64,000 bases of DNA, from positions 192 to 64,191 of the forward strand of contig CALMKH010000049.1 of NCBI GenBank assembly GCA_937867025.1. The letters are read 5' to 3'. This document shows positions 39,567-48,431 of this stretch, piece by piece (within the stretch, counting starts at the first letter, position 1; each line of letters starts with the position of its first letter). The position numbers and the translations under genes are program-made. The DNA is from an uncultured Bacteroidota bacterium. GTDB lineage: Bacteria; Bacteroidota; Bacteroidia; NS11-12g; UBA955. The notes below the pieces were generated by a model, which did no database searches, was not told the DNA's origin, and saw only the letters and a program-made list of their open reading frames with translations.

Positions 39567-40298
39567 TTGAAATATATATTACTTTTGCAGCCTATCAAAA
39601 TGAAACGTTTATTATTTATCGCATGTACAGCCGTTGTTCTGGCTTCATGCGGGGACAAAAAATCAAGCGCCAAAAAATTGCCGCTGAAGTCGCCTAAGGA
39701 TACATTTTCTTATGCCATGGGGGCTATTTTCGGTGTAAACTTTAATGAGGAAAAGATCACCGATATCAACTGGGACGTGTTCAGGTCGGCTATGGAAGAA
39801 GGCATGAAAAACGGCAACAAGAATCTGTTGATGGATATACAGGCCCTGGGCATGTATGCCACAAACTACCAGCTTGAGATCAAGTACGGCCCTAATAAAA
39901 AAGAAGGTGAAGAATACATAAAAAAACATAAAGGTGAAGGATATACTGAAAGGCCGTCGGGAATCCTATTCAAGGAATTGAAACCGGGGACAGGGGTTAA
40001 ACCCACTATCACCGACACAGTGCTGGTATTTTACAAGGGTGAACTGACCGATGGCAAGATTTTCGACTCCAATATGGATCGCCAACCCATGAAAGTACCG
40101 ATGAACAGCACCAGGATGATGCCGGGTTTCATGGAAGCCCTAACCCTTATGACAGAAGGCTCTGAGGCTAAAGTGATCATTCCTTATGAACTGGCTTACG
40201 GCAAGGAGGGAATGCAGAATCCTTATTCCAGGGAAGGCGGAATTGAAGGGTATGAAACCCTTATTTTCACGCTGAAAATGGACAGCATTAAGAAATAG
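39567..40298 (+). CDS. FKBP-type peptidyl-prolyl cis-trans isomerase, lipoprotein
   Basis: Lipobox LASCGD and an FKBP domain (GKIFDSN...IPYELAYG). The start is probably at MKRLLF (39600). Confidence 0.8.
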   Translation: MKYILLLQPIKMKRLLFIACTAVVLASCGDKKSSAKKLPLKSPKDTFSYAMGAIFGVNFNEEKITDINWDVFRSAMEEGMKNGNKNLLMDIQALGMYATNYQLEIKYGPNKKEGEEYIKKHKGEGYTERPSGILFKELKPGTGVKPTITDTVLVFYKGELTDGKIFDSNMDRQPMKVPMNSTRMMPGFMEALTLMTEGSEAKVIIPYELAYGKEGMQNPYSREGGIEGYETLIFTLKMDSIKK

Positions 40299-40321
40299 AA
40301 GTTTAAAAAATTTCCTTATAG

Positions 40322-40356
40322 AAAACCGGCTTTCTTCAAGGCCGGTTTTTTTCATT
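40322..40356 (+). terminator. Intrinsic terminator after the FKBP gene
   Basis: Stem AAACCGGC/GCCGGTTT followed by T7. Confidence 0.6.
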
Positions 40357-40464
40357 TACCCCCCTGCCCCCCGGGTAAGTTCATGGAGATGCCCTGCTCA
40401 TATCCGGCATGTGAATAAAAACCGTCAGCAGATAACGAATAACTGATCAACTATTTTCCTATTT

Positions 40465-41595
40465 TTGCGTCACTTGAAATTTTCAGAAATTCACGGGCAC
40501 CAGGAGTTAAAACTCAATCTCGCTTCCGTTATAAGGCAGGGTCGGATACCGCACGCACAAATGGTGATTGCCCGCGAAGGCTCAGGCGCATTGCCTCTTG
40601 CCCTGGCATACGCTCAATATACAAGCTGCACCAACAAAGCAGGGGACGACAGCTGCGGCACATGCGCTTCGTGTGTAAAATATGCCCAGTTGATACATCC
40701 CGACCTGCATCTTTCATTCCCCATTTTCGGATCCTCTGAGACCTGCGATGATTTTATACAGGCCTTCAGGGAAGCTTTCCTTTCCAACCATATGCTGACG
40801 CTGAATGACTGGCTGAGAAGCATAGGCGGGGAAAACAAAAGGCCTAACATCAATATCAGGGAATGCAGGAATATTATAAAAAAGCTCTCGCTCAGACCTT
40901 ATGAAAGCGATTTCAAGGTGCTGATCATGTGGCTGCCCGAATACCTGGGCAAGGAAGGCAATGTGCTGCTGAAGCTGTTGGAAGAGCCTCCCCATAATAC
41001 ATTATTCCTCCTCGTTACGGAGAACCAGGATCAGATACTGACGACCATCATCTCGAGGACACAGTTTATCAAGGTTCCGGTTTACTCGTACCAGGAGATA
41101 GAGGCATATCTGGTTGGAAAGGAACTTTCAGTCCCGGATGTGGCAAGGAACATCGCCCTGATGGCGGAAGGCAACCTGAGCAAAGCTATAAGGCTTTCAG
41201 GAGAAATGGAGGACACGCAGTTTGAAAGTTTCAGGCAATGGCTGCTGGATTGTTATTCGGGCAATCTTGGCAAGATCATTTCGGAAGCCGACCAGTATTC
41301 CGAAAAAGGCAAGGAAGGCCTGAAGATGTTCCTGATGTACGGCATACAGATGGTGCGTTCGGCCTTACTGATACAGCATCAATCGATGGAAAACAAGCTC
41401 ACGGCGGGAGAAATTGAGTTTGTCGGCAAACTGGCCAGGCTGATACATCTTGAGAATGCGAGGGACATATACGAAGCGCTCAACCAGGCTATTTTTGAGA
41501 TAGACCGGAACGGAAGTATAAAATTAATCTTAATTAACTTATCTTTGAAGCTTAAATACAGTCTGAGACCTAAAGGCAATTTACAGACTGCATAA
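40465..41595 (+). CDS. holB: DNA polymerase III subunit delta'
   Basis: F-x-EI-x-G pattern at the N-terminus, a Zn-binding C-x2-C-x2-C module and the AAA+ fold. TTG start, so the exact start is uncertain. Confidence 0.75.
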   Translation: MRHLKFSEIHGHQELKLNLASVIRQGRIPHAQMVIAREGSGALPLALAYAQYTSCTNKAGDDSCGTCASCVKYAQLIHPDLHLSFPIFGSSETCDDFIQAFREAFLSNHMLTLNDWLRSIGGENKRPNINIRECRNIIKKLSLRPYESDFKVLIMWLPEYLGKEGNVLLKLLEEPPHNTLFLLVTENQDQILTTIISRTQFIKVPVYSYQEIEAYLVGKELSVPDVARNIALMAEGNLSKAIRLSGEMEDTQFESFRQWLLDCYSGNLGKIISEADQYSEKGKEGLKMFLMYGIQMVRSALLIQHQSMENKLTAGEIEFVGKLARLIHLENARDIYEALNQAIFEIDRNGSIKLILINLSLKLKYSLRPKGNLQTA

Positions 41596-41621
41596 ACTAT
41601 AATTTAATCAATACGGATAAA

Positions 41622-42911
41622 ATGGGATGCGGAAGCTGCGGAACTACAGGGGGATGCGCGCCGGCCGGCTGTAAAAGCAACGGCTCATGCGCAACCGGTG
41701 GCTGCAATAAATTGAATGTATATAATTGGCTTAGCGATACGGCGATGCCCGATAATTACCAACCTTTTGACATTGTCGAAATACGTTTCAAGGGGAGCAG
41801 GAAAGAGTTTTTCAGGAACAAGAACGGGTTAGACCTGTACACAGGCGATGCCGTGGTGCTGGATGCGGATATGGGATACGATGTCGGGCACGTGTCCATC
41901 AGCGGTGAACTCGTGAGGCTGCAACTGAAGAAAAGAGGCATCAGCGAAAACTCGGATATGATTAAAAATATCCAGCGCCGCGCCACGGATAAGGATATTG
42001 AAAGATACGAGGAGGCCAAGGCCAGGGAAGCCAAGGTGCTGGAAAGAGCCAGGACAATAGCCCTTAATATGAGGCTTGAGATGAAACTCAGCGATATCGA
42101 GATACAGGGCGATAATAAAAAAGTCATATTCTTTTATACGGCGGAAAGCCGGGTGGATTTCAGGGAGCTTATCAAACGCTTCGCAGAGGAGTTCAAGCTG
42201 AGAATAGAAATGCGCCAGATAGGCTACAGGGAAGAAGCTTCGAGGCTTGGAGGCATAGGCAGTTGCGGCAGGGAACTTTGCTGCAGCACATGGCTCACCG
42301 ATTACAAGCTTGTCAACACATCTGCCGCGCGTTACCAGAATCTTTCCATCAATATGCTGAAACTCTCGGGACAATGCGGCAAACTAAAATGCTGTCTGAA
42401 TTACGAGCTGGATACGTATATGGAAGCGCTTGATGAATTCCCGAAAGCAAAAACGGTAAGGCTTGAAACCGTCATGGGACCTGCCATCATGGTAAAAACG
42501 GACATACTCAAACGTCTTACCTGGTTCTCTTACGAAGAAAAACACAGCTGGATATGCCTTCCGCTGGATACAGTGAATGAATATCTTGAACTCAATGCCA
42601 GGGGTGAAAAAGCGCCCGAACTGATCGGTGAGATTATAGAACCTAAATCATCTTCATCAGACAGTGAGAATTATGATCTTCCGATCGCGTCATCCGACCT
42701 GGCAAACGAAGATATTACAAGGCTGGATAGGAAAAACCCTAAGAAAAAGAAGAAAAAGAAAAAACCATCGGGGGGTGGGCCGCAGGGCAACGCCAGACCG
42801 GGTCAGCCTCAGAACAACGCCAATCCTTCCGGAAAACCTAATAACAACCAAGGAAGGCCTAACCAGAACAAGCCAAAACCGCCCAGGGACAATTCACCAA
42901 AACAGGGTTAA
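41622..42911 (+). CDS. PSP1 C-terminal domain protein (RicT/YaaT-like), with a Cys-rich N-terminus and a K/P/Q/N-rich tail
   Basis: PSP1 core (FDIVE...GD.VV.D...G...G.V). It sits directly after holB, as yaaT does in Bacillus. Confidence 0.8.
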   Translation: MGCGSCGTTGGCAPAGCKSNGSCATGGCNKLNVYNWLSDTAMPDNYQPFDIVEIRFKGSRKEFFRNKNGLDLYTGDAVVLDADMGYDVGHVSISGELVRLQLKKRGISENSDMIKNIQRRATDKDIERYEEAKAREAKVLERARTIALNMRLEMKLSDIEIQGDNKKVIFFYTAESRVDFRELIKRFAEEFKLRIEMRQIGYREEASRLGGIGSCGRELCCSTWLTDYKLVNTSAARYQNLSINMLKLSGQCGKLKCCLNYELDTYMEALDEFPKAKTVRLETVMGPAIMVKTDILKRLTWFSYEEKHSWICLPLDTVNEYLELNARGEKAPELIGEIIEPKSSSSDSENYDLPIASSDLANEDITRLDRKNPKKKKKKKKPSGGGPQGNARPGQPQNNANPSGKPNNNQGRPNQNKPKPPRDNSPKQG

Positions 42912-43138
42912 AAAAGCCTGTAGCCAATTTTCATACTAAGTGTCAATTCTCTTCTGCCCGATCCGGTTCGCGGCAGCGTATCACCCGAAAACACCAGCTC
43001 ATGTATGTCCTTAGTGGTATCCAGGAAGATTGGCTTAAACCCATCTACCCGTTGAGGCACATTCGCAAAATTATCCTTTCTGACACAGGCAATCAGGTTT
43101 AAGGTCAATAACAGTGGTATAAGACCATATTTATTCAA
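42908..43138 (-). CDS. Possible small lipoprotein (76 aa)
   Basis: ATG start, signal peptide and lipobox (LTLNLIAC). It overlaps the PSP1 stop by 4 nt. Support is weak. Confidence 0.3.
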   Translation of the reverse strand: MNKYGLIPLLLTLNLIACVRKDNFANVPQRVDGFKPIFLDTTKDIHELVFSGDTLPRTGSGRRELTLSMKIGYRLF

Positions 43139-43218
43139 ACTTCAAATAAAAAATAAATGAAAACCTTTAATGAAAAGTTAAATTCTCTAAAAATAATTAT
43201 CAAGTTTAGCAAATACAC

Positions 43219-43226
43219 GCTTATTT
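43219..43226 (+). promoter_or_regulatory. Candidate -7-like element TTATTTTG upstream of serS
   Basis: Approximate match to the Bacteroidota TAnnTTTG motif, 19 nt before the ATG. Confidence 0.2.
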
Positions 43227-43244
43227 TGCAGTGGTTATAATACT

Positions 43245-44513
43245 ATGCTTACCCTTAACGCCATAAGAAACAACACCCAGGAGACTATTGAAAGACTTGC
43301 CAAACGCGGAACAGATCGTTCTGAAGATATTGCCGAGGTTATCAGCATCGATGAAAACAAAAGGGCTAAACAGACATTGCTTGAGCAAAACCTTGCCAAG
43401 GCCAATATTATCTCCAGGGAAGTGGGTGAATTGTTCAAATCAGGGAACAAAGAGGAAGCCGACCGGAAAAAAGAAGAATCCGTCCGGTTGAAAGAGGAAT
43501 CCAAGCAGTTGGAAATGGAAGTTTCAGAGCTTGAGCAGCAGCTTTTGCAGAAACTTTACGAAATTCCCAATACGCCTCATGAAAAGGTCAGGAAAGGAAC
43601 TTCCGCAGAAGAAAATGAGGTGGTGTATGAATGGGGCGAAGAACCAAAATTGCCAGCCGGCGCCAAACCTCATTGGGAGCTTACAAGCCAGTACCAACTG
43701 GTGGATTTCGAGCTTGGCAACAAGATTGCAGGCGCAGGATTTCCTGTCTATACCGGCAAGGGAGCCCGGCTTCAGAGAGCCCTGATCAATTTTTTCCTGG
43801 ACGAAGCCCTGAGAGCGGGATATTATGAAGTGCAGCCGCCTGTTCTGGTGAACGAGGCAAGCGGGTTCGGTACAGGCCAGTTGCCTGACAAGGAAGGCCA
43901 GATGTACCATATAGGCGTTGACAATCTGTATTGCATTCCCACAGCTGAAGTACCTATTACCAATATGTACAGGGATGTCATTTTAAAGGAAGAAGACCTC
44001 CCCATTAAAAACGTTGGCTATACGCCCTGTTTCAGAAGAGAAGCGGGAAGTTACGGTTCGCATGTAAGGGGATTGAACAGGCTGCACCAGTTTGACAAAG
44101 TGGAGATCGTGCAGATAGCCCACCCCGATAAAAGTTATGAAATCCTTGAAGACATGGTAGACCATGTAAAAGGCCTGATGAAAAAACTTGGCCTGAAGTT
44201 CAGGATCCTGCGGCTTTGCGGGGGTGATATGGGTTTTGCCAGCGCTCTTACATATGATTTCGAAGCCTGGAGCGGAGCTCAGCAAAAATGGCTGGAAGTA
44301 AGCTCAACCTCCAACTTTGAAACGTTCCAGGCCAACCGGCTGAAATGCCGTTTTAAGTCAAAAGACGGTAAAAATGAGCTCGTCCATACACTAAACGGCA
44401 GTGCCCTTGCGTTACCCAGGATAGTGGCTTCGCTCCTTGAAAATTACCAGGCGGAAGACGGCATTCATTTACCCGAATGCCTGCATCCATACCTCGGTTT
44501 CTCAAAAATATAA
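43245..44513 (+). CDS. serS: Serine--tRNA ligase
   Basis: Class II aaRS motifs (TPCFRREAGS, GSALA) and an N-terminal coiled coil. Confidence 0.9.
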   Translation: MLTLNAIRNNTQETIERLAKRGTDRSEDIAEVISIDENKRAKQTLLEQNLAKANIISREVGELFKSGNKEEADRKKEESVRLKEESKQLEMEVSELEQQLLQKLYEIPNTPHEKVRKGTSAEENEVVYEWGEEPKLPAGAKPHWELTSQYQLVDFELGNKIAGAGFPVYTGKGARLQRALINFFLDEALRAGYYEVQPPVLVNEASGFGTGQLPDKEGQMYHIGVDNLYCIPTAEVPITNMYRDVILKEEDLPIKNVGYTPCFRREAGSYGSHVRGLNRLHQFDKVEIVQIAHPDKSYEILEDMVDHVKGLMKKLGLKFRILRLCGGDMGFASALTYDFEAWSGAQQKWLEVSSTSNFETFQANRLKCRFKSKDGKNELVHTLNGSALALPRIVASLLENYQAEDGIHLPECLHPYLGFSKI

Positions 44514-45001
44514 TCCTTTTGCACCCAAAACTCCTATTCATAACCATTTTCATTCTGCCGGCCATCGCTGCGAAAGCACAATTACCCTGCATTGATTCAG
44601 GAAGGGTTAACCCTACGTTCCAGTGCAATATACAGTTCTACGACCCGGTGTGCGGCTGCGACAATGTTACCTACCGCAACCAGTGCAATGCTTATAACAA
44701 CCACGGCGTTAACTCCTGGAGAAGTGGAGTCTGCAGCGGCCTGGACATGGACTTTTACCCTAACCCTGTCGGCCCCTCCACTCCCCTCACCATCAATCTG
44801 TCCTATGATGAATTCAAAACGGGGAATGCCGATGTCAAGATCATCGATATGTATGGTAAAGTATGGGAACAACGGATTATCAATAACTTTAACAGGATGA
44901 CCATACAGTTCGATGTCACTACGCTAAGGAGCGGAGTTTACCTGATAGTGGCTGTGAGCAGCGTGAATACTTTTGTCGTAAGGAAATTTTCAAAATACTA
45001 G
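44477..45001 (+). CDS. Small secreted Kazal-type inhibitor-domain protein with a T9SS type-A C-terminal sorting domain
   Basis: Kazal cysteine pattern C-x12-C-x8-CGCDNVTYRNQC-x15-C. The CTD reads FYPNPVGPSTPLTINL...RSGVYLIVAVSSVNTFVVRKFSK. An alternative TTG start at 44519 lies just after the serS stop. Confidence 0.7.
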   Translation: MPASIPRFLKNIILLHPKLLFITIFILPAIAAKAQLPCIDSGRVNPTFQCNIQFYDPVCGCDNVTYRNQCNAYNNHGVNSWRSGVCSGLDMDFYPNPVGPSTPLTINLSYDEFKTGNADVKIIDMYGKVWEQRIINNFNRMTIQFDVTTLRSGVYLIVAVSSVNTFVVRKFSKY

Positions 45002-45154
45002 GACATCCTGCCTCTTTGCCTGAAAAGCTTGTATGCCTCTGCGGACTACCTGAACACCTGCATTCTACATTGACATTTCGATCAAATCCATTTAAACATT
45101 GACCACCCTCATTGTGATTTTAATTTAAAAATATTAAAATTGTATAAATAAATC

Positions 45155-47395
45155 ATGCCCAGGCGTTTAAGATATATCATACTGAGCCTGGCCTTCATAA
45201 GCCTGATGAATGGCCATAGCCAGGACAGTGCAGTAGTCTTTAACATGGACCTTGAGAAACATGAGCATGGGGATTTCCTTCCCGACGGGTGGCAGGTCAT
45301 GGGTAGAGGGTACGACATTAACTCTGATTCTTTATTGAGCCATTCGGGGAAATATTCCATTCGCATTGATAAATCCAATAAACATTTTACCAATCAGTAC
45401 GGCGCCTGTGTGTTTGAGTTCTCACCTGCCTTTGAGGGCAAAAAGATAGAACTTCGGGGATTTCTTAAAACACGGCATGTCGCCAACGGGCGCGCAGGAC
45501 TCTGGATGCGGATCGATGGCGAATCCGGAACCTTGTCTTACGACAACATGGAGAACCATTCACTCGACGGAGATATCGACTGGACCGAATACAGCATCAA
45601 GCTGCACTTGCCTTCCAGCGCGGTCCGTATTTCTTTTGGTGCGCTGCTTACCGGCACCGGCACTGTCTGGGTGGATGATTTTACCTTGCTGGTTGACGGC
45701 GAAAGCATTCTCGGTACATTGCCTTCCAAAACGCCTTATTACAAGGCCGAAAAAGATCACGCGTTTGATAAGGGATCAGGTCTTGTCATAGGGAACCTGC
45801 TGCCGGCTCAGGTGGATAATCTTGCAGTCCTTGCAAAGGTTTGGGGGTTCCTGAAATATTACCATCCTGCTGTTGCGAGGGGCGAATATAACTGGGATTA
45901 TGAGCTGCTGAGAATACTTCCGAAAATCGTGTCGGTCAGGCATTCTTCCGAAAGAAACCAGGTACTTGCCGAATGGGTAAAGGGTTTGGGAACAGTAAAA
46001 AAAGGGGGAAATAAGCTCCCTAAATCAAAAAACGTTAAGCTCAGTCCCGATCTCGACTGGATTAACCCCGGTAATCTGGGGACAGAACTGGATGCGATGT
46101 TAAACAGGATCAGGAATTCAAAGCGGAGCGAACACCATTATTATATCGGCATTAACCAGCCGGTGGGAAATCCGGAGTTCAAACACGAGGCTTTATATAA
46201 AGAAAACAGCTTGCCCGACGACGGTTTCAGCTTATTATGCCTTTTCCGTTACTGGAATGCCATGCGGTATTTTAATCCTAACCGCCATCTTACCACAAGC
46301 GACTGGGATCAGGTGTTGCTAGAGTTCATTCCGCGTTTTGTCGGGCATCCGACAACAAGGTCCTATACCCTTACGGTAATGGAACTCATATGCAGGGTCG
46401 ACGACACGCATGCGGGTCTCAGCAACAACCGCGCAATGAAAGGCTACCTGGGCGCCAATATTTCCGCTGTGATGCTGAGTTTTGTGGAAGGGAAAATGGT
46501 TGTCACCGGTTTTTATGACACGTTCTATGGCCGCAAAACAGGCCTGAAACCGGGTGATATCATTGACAGCGTGAATGGAAGGCCTGTCGAGGAAATTATA
46601 GCAGAAAGAGTGCCCATTACAAAAGGTTCGAACACAGAAGCTAAAATGAGAGGTATCGCCGAAAGCCTTTTAAGGTCGAACAACGACCTGTTGCCCATCG
46701 TTTACAGGCGCGAAGGGGCTATATTCTCCACAAAACTTAAAACATACCGGGAAAATTACATCAACACTTACGTGCGGTTTGAAAGACCTGACACATGTTT
46801 CAGAATGGTGGACACCGGCATTGCATACCTGTACATGGGAAGTTTTATGAACAGCCACATTCCGGAGTTAATGCCCGAGATACTGAAGACAGATGCTCTG
46901 ATCGTGGATTTCAGGGCTTATCCCGCCGATTTTACAGTATTCACACTGCCATCTTACCTGCTGGACAAACCGGTCCCGTTTGTTAAATTCTCCACGGGAA
47001 GTGTCATGCATCCCGGTCTTTTTACATTACAGGACCACCTGGAAACGGGTGCAATCAATGCTGAAGCTTATAAAGGCCAGGTAATTATTCTTGTCAATGA
47101 AATCACCCAAAGCTCTGCCGAGTACCATGTCATGGCCCTGAGGACTGTGCCCGGTGTTATTGTTATGGGCAGCACTACGGCCGGAGCCGATGGCAATGTG
47201 TCAAAGATCAATCTGCCGGGAGGCATTGTTACATATATCAGCGGCATAGGCGTTTACTATCCGGATGGTCGTGAAACACAACGCATCGGCATTATTCCCG
47301 ATATTGTAGTCAAACCCACCATTGACGGGATAAAGGAAGGACGGGATGAAGTGCTTGAAAAGGCCATACAGGAAGTGAAAAGGATGAAGAATTAA
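45155..47395 (+). CDS. S41 family (C-terminal processing / tail-specific) peptidase
   Basis: Signal peptide, a PDZ-like segment and the S41 catalytic region (VMGSTTAGADGNVSKINLPGG). Confidence 0.8.
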   Translation: MPRRLRYIILSLAFISLMNGHSQDSAVVFNMDLEKHEHGDFLPDGWQVMGRGYDINSDSLLSHSGKYSIRIDKSNKHFTNQYGACVFEFSPAFEGKKIELRGFLKTRHVANGRAGLWMRIDGESGTLSYDNMENHSLDGDIDWTEYSIKLHLPSSAVRISFGALLTGTGTVWVDDFTLLVDGESILGTLPSKTPYYKAEKDHAFDKGSGLVIGNLLPAQVDNLAVLAKVWGFLKYYHPAVARGEYNWDYELLRILPKIVSVRHSSERNQVLAEWVKGLGTVKKGGNKLPKSKNVKLSPDLDWINPGNLGTELDAMLNRIRNSKRSEHHYYIGINQPVGNPEFKHEALYKENSLPDDGFSLLCLFRYWNAMRYFNPNRHLTTSDWDQVLLEFIPRFVGHPTTRSYTLTVMELICRVDDTHAGLSNNRAMKGYLGANISAVMLSFVEGKMVVTGFYDTFYGRKTGLKPGDIIDSVNGRPVEEIIAERVPITKGSNTEAKMRGIAESLLRSNNDLLPIVYRREGAIFSTKLKTYRENYINTYVRFERPDTCFRMVDTGIAYLYMGSFMNSHIPELMPEILKTDALIVDFRAYPADFTVFTLPSYLLDKPVPFVKFSTGSVMHPGLFTLQDHLETGAINAEAYKGQVIILVNEITQSSAEYHVMALRTVPGVIVMGSTTAGADGNVSKINLPGGIVTYISGIGVYYPDGRETQRIGIIPDIVVKPTIDGIKEGRDEVLEKAIQEVKRMKN

Positions 47396-47466
47396 ATCTG
47401 GGGTTTAATATTAAGAAGTGCAAAAAATGATTCTTACACTTTTTAACCAATAATATATAATTATCG

Positions 47467-48111
47467 ATGAATATTATAGAAAACCTGGCTACCACATTAA
47501 AACGCCGGGATGAGGTACCTAACCAGTTACTGGCTGAAAAGATTGCCAAAAGCGGGAATTCGTCGGCGGTAGACGAACTGATAGAATTGCTGGGTCATAA
47601 AAGCAAGGATATACAACATGATGCAATCAAGGTGCTGTATGAGATCGGAGAGAGAAAACCCGGACTAATCACCAGGCATTTGAAAGTGTTCCTTTCCCTG
47701 CTGAAGCACAGGAACAACCGCCTGCAGTGGGGAGGCATGACTGCCCTGGCCAGCCTGGTGGATGAAAATCCGCAGGGTATATATTCTTCCCTTCCCGATA
47801 TTATCAGCGCGGCAGAAAGCGGCTCGGTCATCACCCGCGACTATGCCATGAAGATACTGACAAGTCTGTATGGAAAGCCCCATTATCAGAATGATGTATT
47901 TCCGTTGTTTATCGAACAGCTAATGCGCTGTCCTGCCAACCAGCTGCCTATGTATGCCGAGAATATCCTCCCATTCATCGCAACACATCATGCCACAGCC
48001 TTTATGACCGTTCTCAGATCAAGACTGGACGATATGGAAAAAGAAAGCAAACGGAAACGGGTTGAAAAGGTGATAAGGAACCTTGAAAAAAAAGATTTAA
48101 CGCTCCCGTGA
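47467..48111 (+). CDS. Hypothetical all-alpha protein (possibly HEAT/ARM-like repeats)
   Basis: 214-aa ORF. No confident family. Confidence 0.55.
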   Translation: MNIIENLATTLKRRDEVPNQLLAEKIAKSGNSSAVDELIELLGHKSKDIQHDAIKVLYEIGERKPGLITRHLKVFLSLLKHRNNRLQWGGMTALASLVDENPQGIYSSLPDIISAAESGSVITRDYAMKILTSLYGKPHYQNDVFPLFIEQLMRCPANQLPMYAENILPFIATHHATAFMTVLRSRLDDMEKESKRKRVEKVIRNLEKKDLTLP

Positions 48112-48145
48112 CGTATTCATGACCCTTTACTACGCTGACAGGCGA

Positions 48146-48298
48146 TGCATGATCCTGTTCAGGATTATACACAATCAGTATCCTTTCTTCCGGGAACCTC
48201 TCATATAATTGACATCAACGGCATGACTCCCGGTTACTATTTACTTCAGGCCGAATCCGGTGGAAAAACAGCCTGCAGGAAATTTATTACGGAATAAG
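48146..48298 (+). pseudogene. Orphan remnant of a T9SS C-terminal sorting domain (50 codons)
   Basis: The translation ...SFLPGTSHIIDINGMTPGYYLLQAESGGKTACRKFITE* matches the last strands of Por-secretion CTDs. It has no signal peptide or body and an in-frame TGA lies just upstream. Confidence 0.4.
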
Positions 48299-48431
48299 CG
48301 GACAGTTTAATATTTGGTTCACAAGGGGTTAATTTCCATTGTCCACAATATCAGCGTGAGGGGATAAAATCTTAATAACCTCACAACAAGTCAATATTGC
48401 TTTATCGTAAATTTCAGCTTTGAAATAAAGC

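Noticed and set aside
41829-42374. 181-aa and 123-aa minus-strand ORFs
   Set aside because: Both lie antisense inside the PSP1-domain gene. They are shadow ORFs.
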